35,475 nt of DNA. It comes from Octopus bimaculoides. Taxonomy: Eukaryota. Positions 20,865 to 32,100 of the stretch are shown here, in pieces. The position numbers and the translations under genes were made by a program. Each line of letters starts with the position of its first letter. The stretch's first letter is position 1. Under the pieces are notes generated by a model. That model saw only the letters and a program-made list of their open reading frames with translations, did no database searches and was not told where the DNA came from. The stretch covers positions 25,907,272-25,942,746 of the forward strand of contig NC_068991.1 in NCBI RefSeq assembly GCF_001194135.2, written 5' to 3'.

Positions 20865-22800
20865 GTAAGGTAGATTCTAGGATGCAAGTGTAAGTATTTT
20901 GTAAGCTTTAAGCACTCCATAGCACGTATAGAAAACAAACAGATTTGACAGCATGTGATCAAGAACGATAACAGTTTATTTGTATCAAAGTTTACACGCT
21001 TTTTCGCTTATCGAAATTACCAGAAAATTCAATAAGCTGAAACTTTCTATATTGTAGTATCGCCCACGTTACCTTCTGTTTCGGTGATGAGTGACGATGT
21101 ATGTAATTTAAAAATCGCAATTGAGGGAGTGGAACGGATAAAATCAAGGCTACATATGTCTCCTAGTTCTCTAATCCTCTGATGTAACAAGTACTCCACA
21201 ATGGGTACTCAGCTAAGCTAGTCATCAAGCCTAATTGCTAAAATTATATGAACGTTACATTGTCCCAAGTTAACTTACCGCAGATGTAAGTTGAGTGGGT
21301 ATTCAAGACTTAATGAATAGGTTAACTGAGTACTTCTCGTTGAGTAAATACTACAACAGAGAACCGGCTATCTAAGAAACATATGTAGCCTGGTCTTTAG
21401 CCGTTCCACTGCCTTATTTTGGATATATATATATGTATGTGTGTGTGTGTGTGTGTCTGCGTCTGTGTGTACGTAATATGTATGTATGTATGCATGTAAG
21501 AGTGTATATATANNNNNNNNNNNNNNNNNNNNNNNNNNNNNNNNNNNNNNNNNNNNNNNNNNNNNNNNNNNNNNNNNNNNNNNNNNNNNNNNNNNNNNNN
21601 NNNNNNNNNNNNNNNNNNNNNNNNNNNNNNNNNNNNNNNNNNNNNNNNNNNNNNNNNNNNNNNNNNNNNNNNNNNNNNNNNNNNNNNNNNNNNNNNNNNN
21701 NNNNNNNNNNNNNNNNNNNNNNNNNNNNNNNNNNNNNNNNNNNNNNNNNNNNNNNNNNNNNNNNNNNNATATATATATATATATAAACACGTGCACACAA
21801 ACACACATACATATATATATAATCTACAAAGATGAAAGGAGAATTATATATTTTAATTCATATTAATAAATACTCCATAATTTGCTTGAATGTATTTCAG
21901 GTGAGATAGTATTAAGTAACACAACGGTGCGTTAATTCTATACCTTAATCAATCCTTATTTTTAAAGATACCAGTATTAAATAAATTTAGGAAAATCAAC
22001 ACTGGTAACTCTTTCTCTGAGCAACCACATCACAAAGAATGCAGGACAGAGAACCATCAAGGTATTGTAGCAGACTTCCCTCCGGTCTAAATCCAGCAAT
22101 GGGTGAAGGCAAGTATAAACATTAAAATAAATCAAATAATATTGAGATTTTGAAATATGTGGTAAGACTTTTTATCACTTTTAAAATTTCACTAACGTAG
22201 ACAAAATATGATAAGAATAGATAAGATAAATATATTCAAAGTATAACCAAAATATATTATTTAGGCTGCTAAGTTGCACCAGCGTGTAAGAAACATAAGT
22301 TTATTAAAGTTACAATGAGAAAAATAATCTGTAACTTAATCCTATTTATAATATATACTGTAAAACCTATTGATAAGAAAATATTTCAAATTCAAGCTAA
22401 GAATAAGAATTCATTACGTTTGTCATAACTGAAGGAAAACCACTAATAAAGAAAACATAATCAGACCTGAAATGTTCATCAACTGATAAAGTATGATAAA
22501 TTAAATTAATAAATACATACGGGATAATTAATTGTCTTTGGACGGCACAGAGTAGTCTACTAGTATATTCTGTTGGGTTCGCATCATATACTGTTCAGTC
22601 TCTGATGTGGGTGATAACGTTGTGTTTCTAGATCTGTATAAAACTATAGCTGGTTGTTTATGGGTCGTGTAACGTACATAATTAACGCAACATGGTATTC
22701 CGTAACACTAGCGTATCTGATATGCGGATCAGCAAATTATGGATTATTAATTATGAATTTAAAAAGTAGGATTTTCTATTTTTTCTTTGAGTTTGATACA

Positions 22801-22850
22801 ATACAGTAGTACCTCGGTTTTCGAAAAAATCTGATCACGAATAAATCGTG
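22801..22850 (+). mobile_element. Tigger/pogo-like terminal fragment
   Basis: TA-CAGTAGTACCTCGGTTTTCGAA..ATAAATCGTGCTT, similar to 19110 and 19190. Confidence 0.55.
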
Positions 22851-22868
22851 CTTTATATATATATACAC

Positions 22869-22899
<31 letters not shown>

Positions 22900-23599
22900 N
22901 NNNNNNNNNNNNNNNNNNNNNNNNNNNNNNNNNNNNNNNNNNNNNNNNNNNNNNNNNNNNNNNNNNNNNNNNNNNNNNNNNNNNNNNNNNNNNNNNNNNN
23001 NNNNNNNNNNNNNNNNNNNNNNNNNNNNNNNNNNNNNNNNNNNNNNNNNNNNNNNNNNNNNNNNNNNNNNNNNNNNNNNNNNNNNNNNNNNNNNNNNNNN
23101 NNNNNNNNNNNNNNNNNNNNNNNNNNNNNNNNNNNNNNNNNNNNNNNNNNNNNNNNNNNNNNNNNNNNNNNNNNNNNNNNNNNNNNNNNNNNNNNNNNNN
23201 NNNNNNNNNNNNNNNNNNNNNNNNNNNNNNNNNNNNNNNNNNNNNNNNNNNNNNNNNNNNNNNNNNNNNNNNNNNNNNNNNNNNNNNNNNNNNNNNNNNN
23301 NNNNNNNNNNNNNNNNNNNNNNNNNNNNNNNNNNNNNNNNNNNNNNNNNNNNNNNNNNNNNNNNNNNNNNNNNNNNNNNNNNNNNNNNNNNNNNNNNNNN
23401 NNNNNNNNNNNNNNNNNNNNNNNNNNNNNNNNNNNNNNNNNNNNNNNNNNNNNNNNNNTATATATAAAAGTAATTTTCGGAAAGGACTTAGAACCATTGG
23501 GAACAGAGGTGAGATACAATCCTCTACTTCCCGTGACAGAATATGAGGACTTGAAACCATACATGATCCGATAATGTAAGTTTAAATTTGATTTAAGAT

Positions 23600-24860
23600 C
23601 GATAAATATTTGTTAAACGGCATGTGGCAACGGAAGAGGCGGAAATTAGAAAAAGAATATGGAATGGAAGTTGAATTAAGATGTTGAACTAACCTTGCAG
23701 AAAGTGGCTGAGGAATGCCAACAAATAATATACCTTCGAGAAGATACTAGAAAAATAGAAGACAACAACAACAACAACAACAATAATAATAACAATTATG
23801 ATAATAAATAATATTGTACACACGTGTAAAGAATGTATTGAAAGAAAAAAACGAATGATAAATCCAAAACCATGCTATGACTCACGGTGTGTCAGGGGAA
23901 CGAGTTCAATTCTTGGGCGAAATTTCGCCAGAAATAAAACTTAAAGAAATGGCTCGGAAAACTAAGATAAAGGTATCTAAAAATACAATGAATCTGTTTG
24001 GTACAGATTTAATGGAAGAATTCGACCTGTGGGATCTACCATTGAATACGTTTTGTAATAAGGTGAATGTGTTAAAGTGTGTGTCAGATAATGCGTCGGA
24101 AAAATTGAAATTAAAATTAAAGATGTGCGCTGATGTGTTCTCAAGGAACTCGGAACACGTAAAAAACTCGAAGTGAAGTTTTAGTTGAAAGAAAATGCGG
24201 TGCCGATGTTCAAACCGAAAGGGAATGTGTCTTTTGCAGCGTTAAATGAAGTTGAGATGGAGCTAAAAAGATTGGAAGACATGGAGGTAACTGCAAAAGT
24301 AAACAGCTCAGAGTGGACGGCTCCTAAGAGTATGTGCGAACTTCTCAACAGGTCTTAATGATTGCTTAAAAAATTACAACTATCCACTTCCAAGGCCATA
24401 AGAAACATTTGATAAGTGAAATGGTGGGAAATTCTTTTCCAAGCTGGATTTGTCAGAGGCCTACCTCCAATTACTGGTAGATGAAGAATGCACTAAAGTA
24501 TTAATTAATACTCATAGAGGTCTGAACGGTTTCAAAAGACTGCCATTTGGGGTTAAGGTCGCATCAGCAATTTTTCATCAAGTGATGGACACGATGCTAG
24601 CAGACTGTGAGTTTTCGGTCCCATACTTGGAAACCATATTCATTAGAAGTGAATCGAGGGACCAGCATATTGAACATATAAGAAAATGTCTTTGGAACAA
24701 TAAGCGACTATGGATTTAAAGTAAGTGAAAATAAATGCAATTTTTTAAACGCAAATAAAGTTCATGAGACAGGTGATCAATGAAAACGGACGAATACCGG
24801 ACCATTCTAGGGTCGACGCGATGAAACATATGCTTGCTCCCACTAACAAAACAGTTTTGC
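23600..24860 (+). mobile_element. Ty3/Gypsy (Mag-like) LTR retrotransposon relic: gag, protease and RT fragments
   Basis: ELTLQKVAEECQQI (gag); NLFGTDLMEEFDLW (protease end); SEWTAP, YPLP, FFSKLDLSEAYLQL, INTHRGL..FKRLPFGVKVASAIFHQVMD (RT); no LTRs seen. Confidence 0.88.
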
Positions 24861-24861
24861 T

Positions 24862-26130
24862 TTCGCTAACCATGACAGCAACGTTCAATTCACAACGGAA
24901 TATAGAAAAGAACAGCTTCTATTTTTGGATATTATGATATTATGATATCATGATAAACAGTCAACAACCAAATTATAACTAACATCTATCATAAACCAAC
25001 GGACTCGAAGCAATATCTCCTTTTTAACTCATACCACCCGCAACACATCAAAATACATATTCCCTTTAATTTGGCAAAAAGAATTTGCACAATAGTGTCT
25101 GATAGAGCTACTCAGGACCTTCGCCTTCAAGACCTCAGAGCAACACTAACTGAAAGACAGTATCCACCCTCATTTATAGACGATATAATTAAGCGTATCA
25201 AGAAATTAGACATAAAAACACTAAGGACAACAAAACATAACACCACACCTCATCTCAAAATACTACTGTGTATATCAACTCACAACCCTAGAAACAATGA
25301 GGCATACAACACTATTGTACAAAATCTTCCTTTACTAACTAGTGACCCCAAAAATGAACAACATCTTGAAAGCACATAAATCCATCAAATGCAAAAAGAA
25401 ACACAAATCGCTAAAGAGACATCTAACAAATATGAAGCTTTACACAACAACCACGAAACCAACAGTTAAAAATTGTGGACGACAAAACGGTGGAGTATGC
25501 CCCAACCTACTAGAAAGCTCGAATTTCCTTTTCAAACAAGTAGAGAAGTTCATAATTTGAAACCAACTTCACTTGTTCCTCTGAGAATCTAATTTATGTA
25601 ATAACCTGCTCGGGTTGTGGACATCACTATATAGGACAGATGAGTATGACATTAAGACGGAGAACCACTCTACATAAAAAGCGGATCCGGTTCCGCAATA
25701 CAGACATATTACTTTAAGTGAACATATAGAGAAATGTGCAGGTAACATCAAACCAAATTTCACAGTTTTCCCCTTCTATAAGTTCAAAGATACAATTTCT
25801 ATACAAGAACGTTTAAATAAATTTATTCATCGAAAAATACAGAACACGTCTAAATATGCATGCATAACCAGCTTTGATCTTTTTACAGATTTTAATTCAC
25901 GATTACACGTCCATCACTGTACATATTTCTACCTACTACTCTAGCTTTTGAATTACACCCCCTTAGATTTTTATACATGTTGAATCATTCATTCATAAAC
26001 TCCACACACACACCATGGAGAAAAATTTTTTTCTGAAGAAAATACGTATTTAAATAAATTTGAATGTCATGATTAGCGAAAGCGAAACCCGACAAGCACA
26101 ATATAAGATATATTAAAAATTATATTAAAA
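24862..26130 (+). mobile_element. Penelope-like retroelement relic 3 (5'-truncated): RT thumb, Cys-rich linker, GIY-YIG, 3' region
   Basis: VQFTTEYRKEQLLFLDIMI, IYHKPTDSKQYL, NLAKRICTIVSD..LRLQDLRATLTER, CGRQNGGVCPNL, NFTCSSENLIYVITCSGCGHHYIGQ; right boundary approximate. Confidence 0.9.
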
Positions 26131-26284
26131 CTATGTAAAGTGTGTGCATTTTTCTCCTTTAATTTCTTATATATATTACAACTGACCACGTGGGGATAAT
26201 TGAAATTCCTCCCTTTTTGTTACTGTATGCACACACACATGCGCGCGTAGAAACATATATATGAATGTATGTACGTATGTATAA

Positions 26285-26385
26285 AACAGAGCGAGCAGAA
26301 TCGTTAGCATGTCGAACAAAAATACTTAAAAGTGTTTCATTATGTTTTGGGTCCAAATCCTCGGCAGCATTTGGACTCACTGCCC
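26285..26385 (+). mobile_element. Degenerate SINE head
   Basis: GAGCAGAATCGTTAGCATGTCGAACAAAAATACTT..GGGTCCAAATCCT. Confidence 0.55.
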
Positions 26386-26656
26386 ATTTTCGAGGACAAT
26401 AAGATATTCTGAACCTGTGGTCTGCTAGAATCGGGGGGGGGGGTCATGTTAGCAGTGCTATTCCAGAAATTCTTGAATGTTAATGAACGGACAATCTTCT
26501 TGGACCTAAATAGTAAGTTAGCGTTCCTGAACGGTAAGTTAGTGGACGTCAACTTAGAGTTCCTGGACGATTATACCCCGTCAGGATTTGTATAGCCTGA
26601 TTTAATAACGCTGATAATGATGATGTTGATATCGATTGTTATTATCCTTATCATCA

Positions 26657-26695
26657 TTCTTCTTCTTCTTCTTCTTCTTCTTCTTCTTCTTCTTC
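26657..26695. repeat. (CTT)n microsatellite
   Basis: Direct reading. Confidence 0.93.
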
Positions 26696-26714
26696 TCATT
26701 GTTATTGTTCGTAA

Positions 26715-26822
26715 CCCGACGTGCTGGCATAAAATCTGGCGGCATTTCGTCTGACTTTACGTTCTGAGTTCAAAAACCTCCGGGGTCGCCTTTGCTTTTC
26801 ATCCTTCCGAGGTTGGTAAGTT
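26715..26822 (+). mobile_element. SINE fragment (family of 15414)
   Basis: GGCATTTCGTCTGACTTTACGTTCTGAGTTCAAA..GGGGTCGCCTTTGCTTTTCATCCTTCCGAGGTT. Confidence 0.75.
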
Positions 26823-27401
26823 CCAGCTGAACACGAACTTGCTGGCTTTGGTCCAAAGTTTGACACCATTATTATTAACATTGGTCGCAGCAGCAGCAGT
26901 AGTAGTAGTAGTAATGATAAGAGTGTGATACCGACTTGATGAGGTGTGAAATTCTAAGCGCATAATCTGCAACGTAGAGCAGCTGATAGCTCCCATTTAT
27001 AGTCCATCTGTGTTTACGATATATCAAGTAATTGAAAAAGGATGTTGGAGAACAGTTGAAAGAGAAAACAAAAGAAAAACATCCTTGAATACATCGCATA
27101 TGATATTAGCAAAACTAATAGGAAATTGGTATTTTCTTTGTAACAATGGAGCTGTGCAAATAACGTTGGTCAATTAACAAAGAATAAAACGGAGAAATAT
27201 TTGCGTTGGAATAATTCACCGATATATCGTTGTTTTAGTTTACGTATCAATACAAACCAAATACATGAGATAGACATCTCAATATATTTCAAAACGTGGC
27301 AACTGACAGGCTGGAGTCATAATATATTCATAATTTCCCATTCCTTTACATTGTATCGCTCCCACGTACACATACTTATATAATATAATGTTTTTTTTTT
27401 A

Positions 27402-27591
27402 GGATACAAAGAGGTCGGGGATAGTCGATTATACCGGCTTCAGTATTCGACTGGTACTTATTTAATTGAAACCGAATGGACGAAAGGTAGAGTCCACCAA
27501 GATGGAATTTGAATTCAAAAGGTAAAGACCAAAGAAATGCTGCTAAGCATCATGCCCGGCATGCTAACGTTTCTGCCAGTTCACCACCTTA
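27402..27591 (-). mobile_element. SINE (family of 15414), reverse orientation
   Basis: Reverse complement begins TAAGGTGGTGAACTGGCAGAAACGTTAGCATGCCGGGC. Confidence 0.8.
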
Positions 27592-28003
27592 CATACTTAC
27601 ACAATATATTATTTTACTTCTATACAGTTTCAGACACTGGATTGCAGACATACGAACGTAACGTTGTTTTAGGGTTTCAGTAAACAAATAAACCCATAGT
27701 ACTTATTCAATGGAACTCGTTTGTCGAATAGCTTGTTTAAAGTTGCGCAAAGAAAAGACAAAAAAACCCCCACCAATTATAGTGCATTAGAGAACTAACT
27801 AAACACAAATTTGCACACAATATCGATGCACATACGCGCACGCAAGCCCACAGACACATATGACAAGCTTCTCAGAGTTTTCAATCCACCAAAAACATTC
27901 AAATAGCCCTAAGCGTGAACCCGAAATCGCGAGGATAAAAGGAAATCTTCTTAAACATACCGCTATAACATATAAATATACAAAAACACACGCATAGGCA
28001 CAC

Positions 28004-28004
<1 letters not shown>

Positions 28005-28050
<46 letters not shown>

Positions 28051-28322
28051 TGTATGTGTGTTTGTGTTGTATGTGTGGAAATGAAATTGTCTTCATTGAT
28101 CACCAAAAGATAGACATGCTATCTTTAGGCATTATATTTTCTTCTTCATTGCTTTGATAATTCTATTCTCTCTCTTCTTTTTTCTCTGTTTTTGGCTGTC
28201 TAAGTTGACTGATGAGCTATCATACCATCATGTATGTATAAGTGCGTACATTTTTTCCGTATAGAGTAATTATAAAAAAATATAGACATACGCATATATA
28301 ACTAAAAATATAGCCTTACGCA

Positions 28323-28393
<71 letters not shown>

Positions 28394-28470
28394 TACACAC
28401 ACCCATACACACACAAACATACACACACAAACTCACACATACACACAAACACACACACACATTCATACAT
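28005..28470. repeat. (TG)n (28005-28070) and (CA)n (28323-28470) microsatellites
   Basis: Direct reading. Confidence 0.93.
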
Positions 28471-28554
28471 ACATACAGATATGTGTGTATCTTGGAGCCT
28501 CCTGAATTACGTACACATTCAAATACCTTCAGTTGATGTACTTCTACCATAATC

Positions 28555-28710
28555 CTCAGGTAGAGTCAGCGAGATAGAGTACATAAAAATTCAGTTGATG
28601 GGCTTCCATAGAGTTTCCATCTACCTACATTCACACCCAATGTATGATTCGAATTGAGGCTTTAAAGTGTAGCGTCTGCCACAGATGACAGTGGATCGAA
28701 CCCGGCACCC
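28555..28710 (-). mobile_element. Probable tRNA-derived SINE fragment
   Basis: B-box GGTTCGATCC on minus at 28693-28702; body resembles recalled cephalopod repeats. Confidence 0.45.
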
Positions 28711-28924
28711 TATATATATATATGTGTGTGCTTGTGTGTGTCTGTGTGTGTGCGTGTTTGTGTGTTTGTGTATGTGCATAAGTGTGTGTGTATACATGGA
28801 TATATGCATGTATATGTATATATATATATATATTAACAGTAATACCATGAAAACAGAAGAATGAATGATACCTCGATATTATGTAAATAGAGGAATGCCT
28901 CGAAGCCCGTCGAACATATATTTG

Positions 28925-29022
28925 TAATTATCAGGCTTTAAAAATATGTTCTGGGGTTGATTCTATCGATTACATTCCTTCAAGGCCGTACTCCAGCAAA
29001 ATGACTGAAACGGGTAAAAGAT
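28925..29022 (+). mobile_element. Degenerate SINE 3' fragment (family of 18235)
   Basis: TTCTGGGGTTGATT..CAAGGCCGTACTCCAGCAAAATGACTGAAACGGGTAAAAGA. Confidence 0.6.
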
Positions 29023-29136
29023 TTTCTTCATATAATAAATAGTTTATCTTGAAAAAACTAAAGGAATATCTACTAATAACATTACACAGCTATAGTGGTT
29101 ATTAAAACAATGAGTTCATGGATGATCAATGGTTCA

Positions 29137-29189
29137 GATCGGTGCTGATGAATGGGAAAAACTCCCGAAATATGGCATATACGCCCATT
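29137..29189 (+). ncRNA. Candidate type I hammerhead ribozyme with no adjacent PLE coding sequence
   Basis: GATCGGTG-CTGATGA(29145-51)-AT-GGGA aaaac TCCC-GAAA-TAT ggc ATAT-A-CGCCCATT; stems I, II and III all pair. Confidence 0.65.
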
Positions 29190-32100
29190 ACCCATTTTCT
29201 TCTTCCTCGATCTCATTGTTTGTTTACATCTGACGTCTCAGATACGAAACGTCGTAACAAACTCATTACTGGCTAAAATTTCTATAGAAAATCAGTAGAG
29301 ATGGCATTAACACGTGATTTAAGAGCATTGCTAACAGAGTTGTACATGGTGTTGTCTTATGAAATTGTTTAACATACTTTATAGTATATTATGCTTGCAT
29401 AAAGAAATGCCGTGTCCCTGCAAGTTATTCATGTGTAGTTGATTGTTTCTCTTCAAATGTTTTGAGAAGACATTATCACACTACACCAACACAGTGAGGC
29501 ATGCTGTAACCTATAACATTTTAAATTTGCCTCTTCTGCTCTTCTCTTCGAGTCAATCTATTTAAAACAAATCAACTAGGGAGATCCTAACTCGACAACA
29601 TTGTTGACTCTTAGTCCTGCTTTAATTCTTTTCTGTCAAATATTTTATAATATTCTACAAGTCGAAATTAAAACTTGTCACATGTAATTGACACAATGTT
29701 TCAACCCACTTGTGTCTAGACGTACATTACACGAAGTGTATGTCTTTGCTTAATTTGGTATGACACGAATTGAAGGAGATGTGATTACCACCTGTACAGG
29801 ATTGAACGAACTTCAAAAGCCTTTTCTTAGTTCAACAGTCTAACACAGGAAATCGGTGAAGGTCACGATAATCTAACCAAGGCAATGCATGAATTTTACC
29901 TACTGGAAAATACGCAATCAAACCAGATACATAAATGACATTCATTTCAGGACTTGATAGCTTCTGAGAAATGTCTACAGTGTTGAGACAGTAATAAAGA
30001 ATTGTTCTATGTTATGCTGAAGTATTGTAATGTAATCAGTCTTGATACGACACCACAAGCACCAGACTATTGTTCAAAACCGATAGAAATCTGGAACGAC
30101 TAAGAAGGTTGCACCATTTAAGAATTATTTGTCGGAGCCAACGACTTTCACGTTGGTAAAGCAGCAGTAACCCAATCTTTGCCGGTTGTTTCTAACTAAA
30201 TCTACTCCACTGAAAACCATGTCTCTCACTCTCACTTTTACTTTCCCTCTCTTATTCTCTTTCTCTCAATTGCGCAGACTCAAAAACAGACACTCTCTCA
30301 AACATTCTTATATTCACGCAACTTAACATTACTAAATAACATCAATACTGTTGCATAAAATAAAAATAAACAACGGTTCATGGTTCATGCTGTATTGTAG
30401 CTATTTGCAGTCCTTTATTCTTGAATTAGCTGGAAATATGATACTTGTCTCAGATAAAAAGAAAGCTAAGCCATCAGTTAATTACACATTGCAAACTGCA
30501 GCGCCTAATTAATTGAATAATTATAATTGATACACAGCTGTCAGCTGCAGCATCGTCTAAAGAATATATTTCATTAGGTTAGCAGAATGAAATGCCGCAT
30601 TTTATTGTCTTATGAGCTGTCATACCATTTCAATTAAGGGATCGCTTCTATCACATGTGTATGGTGTGTTTCGCAGTGTGATATATAAGGAAAGATACAC
30701 CGAAGAGAACGATTGTTTTCTTTCATCACTTACTATCTATTGAAACAAATAGCTTAATACGAAATCAAATCTGCTCCACAAATGGCAATTCTTTCAAGAC
30801 GAAATCTGTTCTAACAAGCGTCTAAACTATTGAATCTATAAAAAGGAAATATTTCATGATATTATTTTATAGAATTATTCTAGATTTTTATTGAATAATT
30901 TAGAATCTGCAGTGTTAAAGGTTTTTCATATCAAAGAAACGAAATAGAATGTGAATGATTTATTCTTATCTCAATTATAAAACACATTTGCGAGAGAAAT
31001 TTCCATGGAGACACATATTTAATACACATATAGCTCAATGGACATATTTCACTATAATAGCGCTCCATATGGTTGGAATTTATATCCTAATTCTCTGGTG
31101 TCGATAATAACGATATGATTTCTCTACTATATATGTCTATGACCTCGAAAAATTTGGAATTTCCCCTTCGCATGAAAATAACAGCGGTTCGTAACATAGG
31201 AACATAACCACAAATTTTAGATGAAGAATATACACCATTGAAATCATCGGGGAATTTATGGACATGTTATCGGACTAAAAGAGATAAAAGGAAAGTCGAG
31301 AAACTTACAGGGTATTTCCAGTAAGATCTGGAAATATCAACCAGAAAGCATTTTGTGCAATGTTTTCCCATTTCTATCATACAAGAGCTTGATAAAAATT
31401 ACAATAGGAAAAAGAATTTTTGAAATCTATGAAATCTAGATGCCAAAACATGATAGGTTACAGCAACATTTAACGCGAATGAAAGAAGAGTTAATTAATT
31501 AATGGTCATCATCAGAATCAAATATTCATACCACTACATGCCAAGCAAACCTCTAATGCCAGCTGATATAGTTAAACAGTAATTGTAAGGTCAGACATGT
31601 CGCATTTAGCCGACAGGCTGGAGGAATACTGAAGTATAGAAGGATTTCAATAGTTTACGCATCTTGGAAAAAAATTTCGTTGTATAGATCTAAAAAAAAA
31701 AATCCTTCATCATATTTGTAATCCAGATATTTGTAACCCCCACCAACACCGTATTTTAAATTGTATTTTTACTGACAAGTTCCCGTAATGAAACTTTCTC
31801 CATATGCTTTCATATAAGAAGTAACTGTCCTTTATATTAACTATATGGTATTCATAAACGATGCATTTAACTCAAGTTATAACAACATATACCACATATT
31901 ATAACATACTTCTATCATGAAAAGGATGGTCTACCATGGTGTTAGTAGTAGTCGCTAAATAAAGATGGAGAAGTAAAGATATATTAAAGACCCGTATTTA
32001 CTATCAATATAGGTGTGCTGAAAATAACTGTCTAACATCAAAATGAAATACAGGAAATTAATTATTTCTCGCATAAGTTAAGTGGAATCAACAACTGCAA

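Larger units (their letters stand above)
5368..23458. other. Assembly gaps: 5368-5658, 6965-7796, 11824-11945, 16635-16710, 17147-17156, 17397-17931, 21513-21768, 22900-23458
   Basis: Runs of N; the X-filled ORFs in the track are artefacts. Confidence 0.98.

Noticed and set aside
25558-25560. TGA before the GIY-YIG as a selenocysteine codon
   Set aside because: It coincides with a frameshift and is not at a Cys-aligned position.
25995-26100. CTGAAGA and GCGAAAGCGAAAC in the PLE 3 3' region as an HHR or SECIS
   Set aside because: No stem II links the core to GAAA, no convincing stems I or III, and the spacing is too short for a SECIS.
26490-26580. Short internal direct repeats (GTAAGTTAG, GTTCCTG[A/G]ACG)
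   Set aside because: Only two short copies and no identifiable element.
28205-28230. CTGATGAG motif (similar isolated cores at 2239 and 35122)
   Set aside because: Isolated cores without stem II-GAAA; 2239 is RT coding sequence.
31216-31330. Possible small exon (DEEYTPLKSSG..) and a 9-bp hairpin TATTTCCAG/CTGGAAATA
   Set aside because: Weak splice signals, no recognisable protein; one short hairpin is expected by chance.
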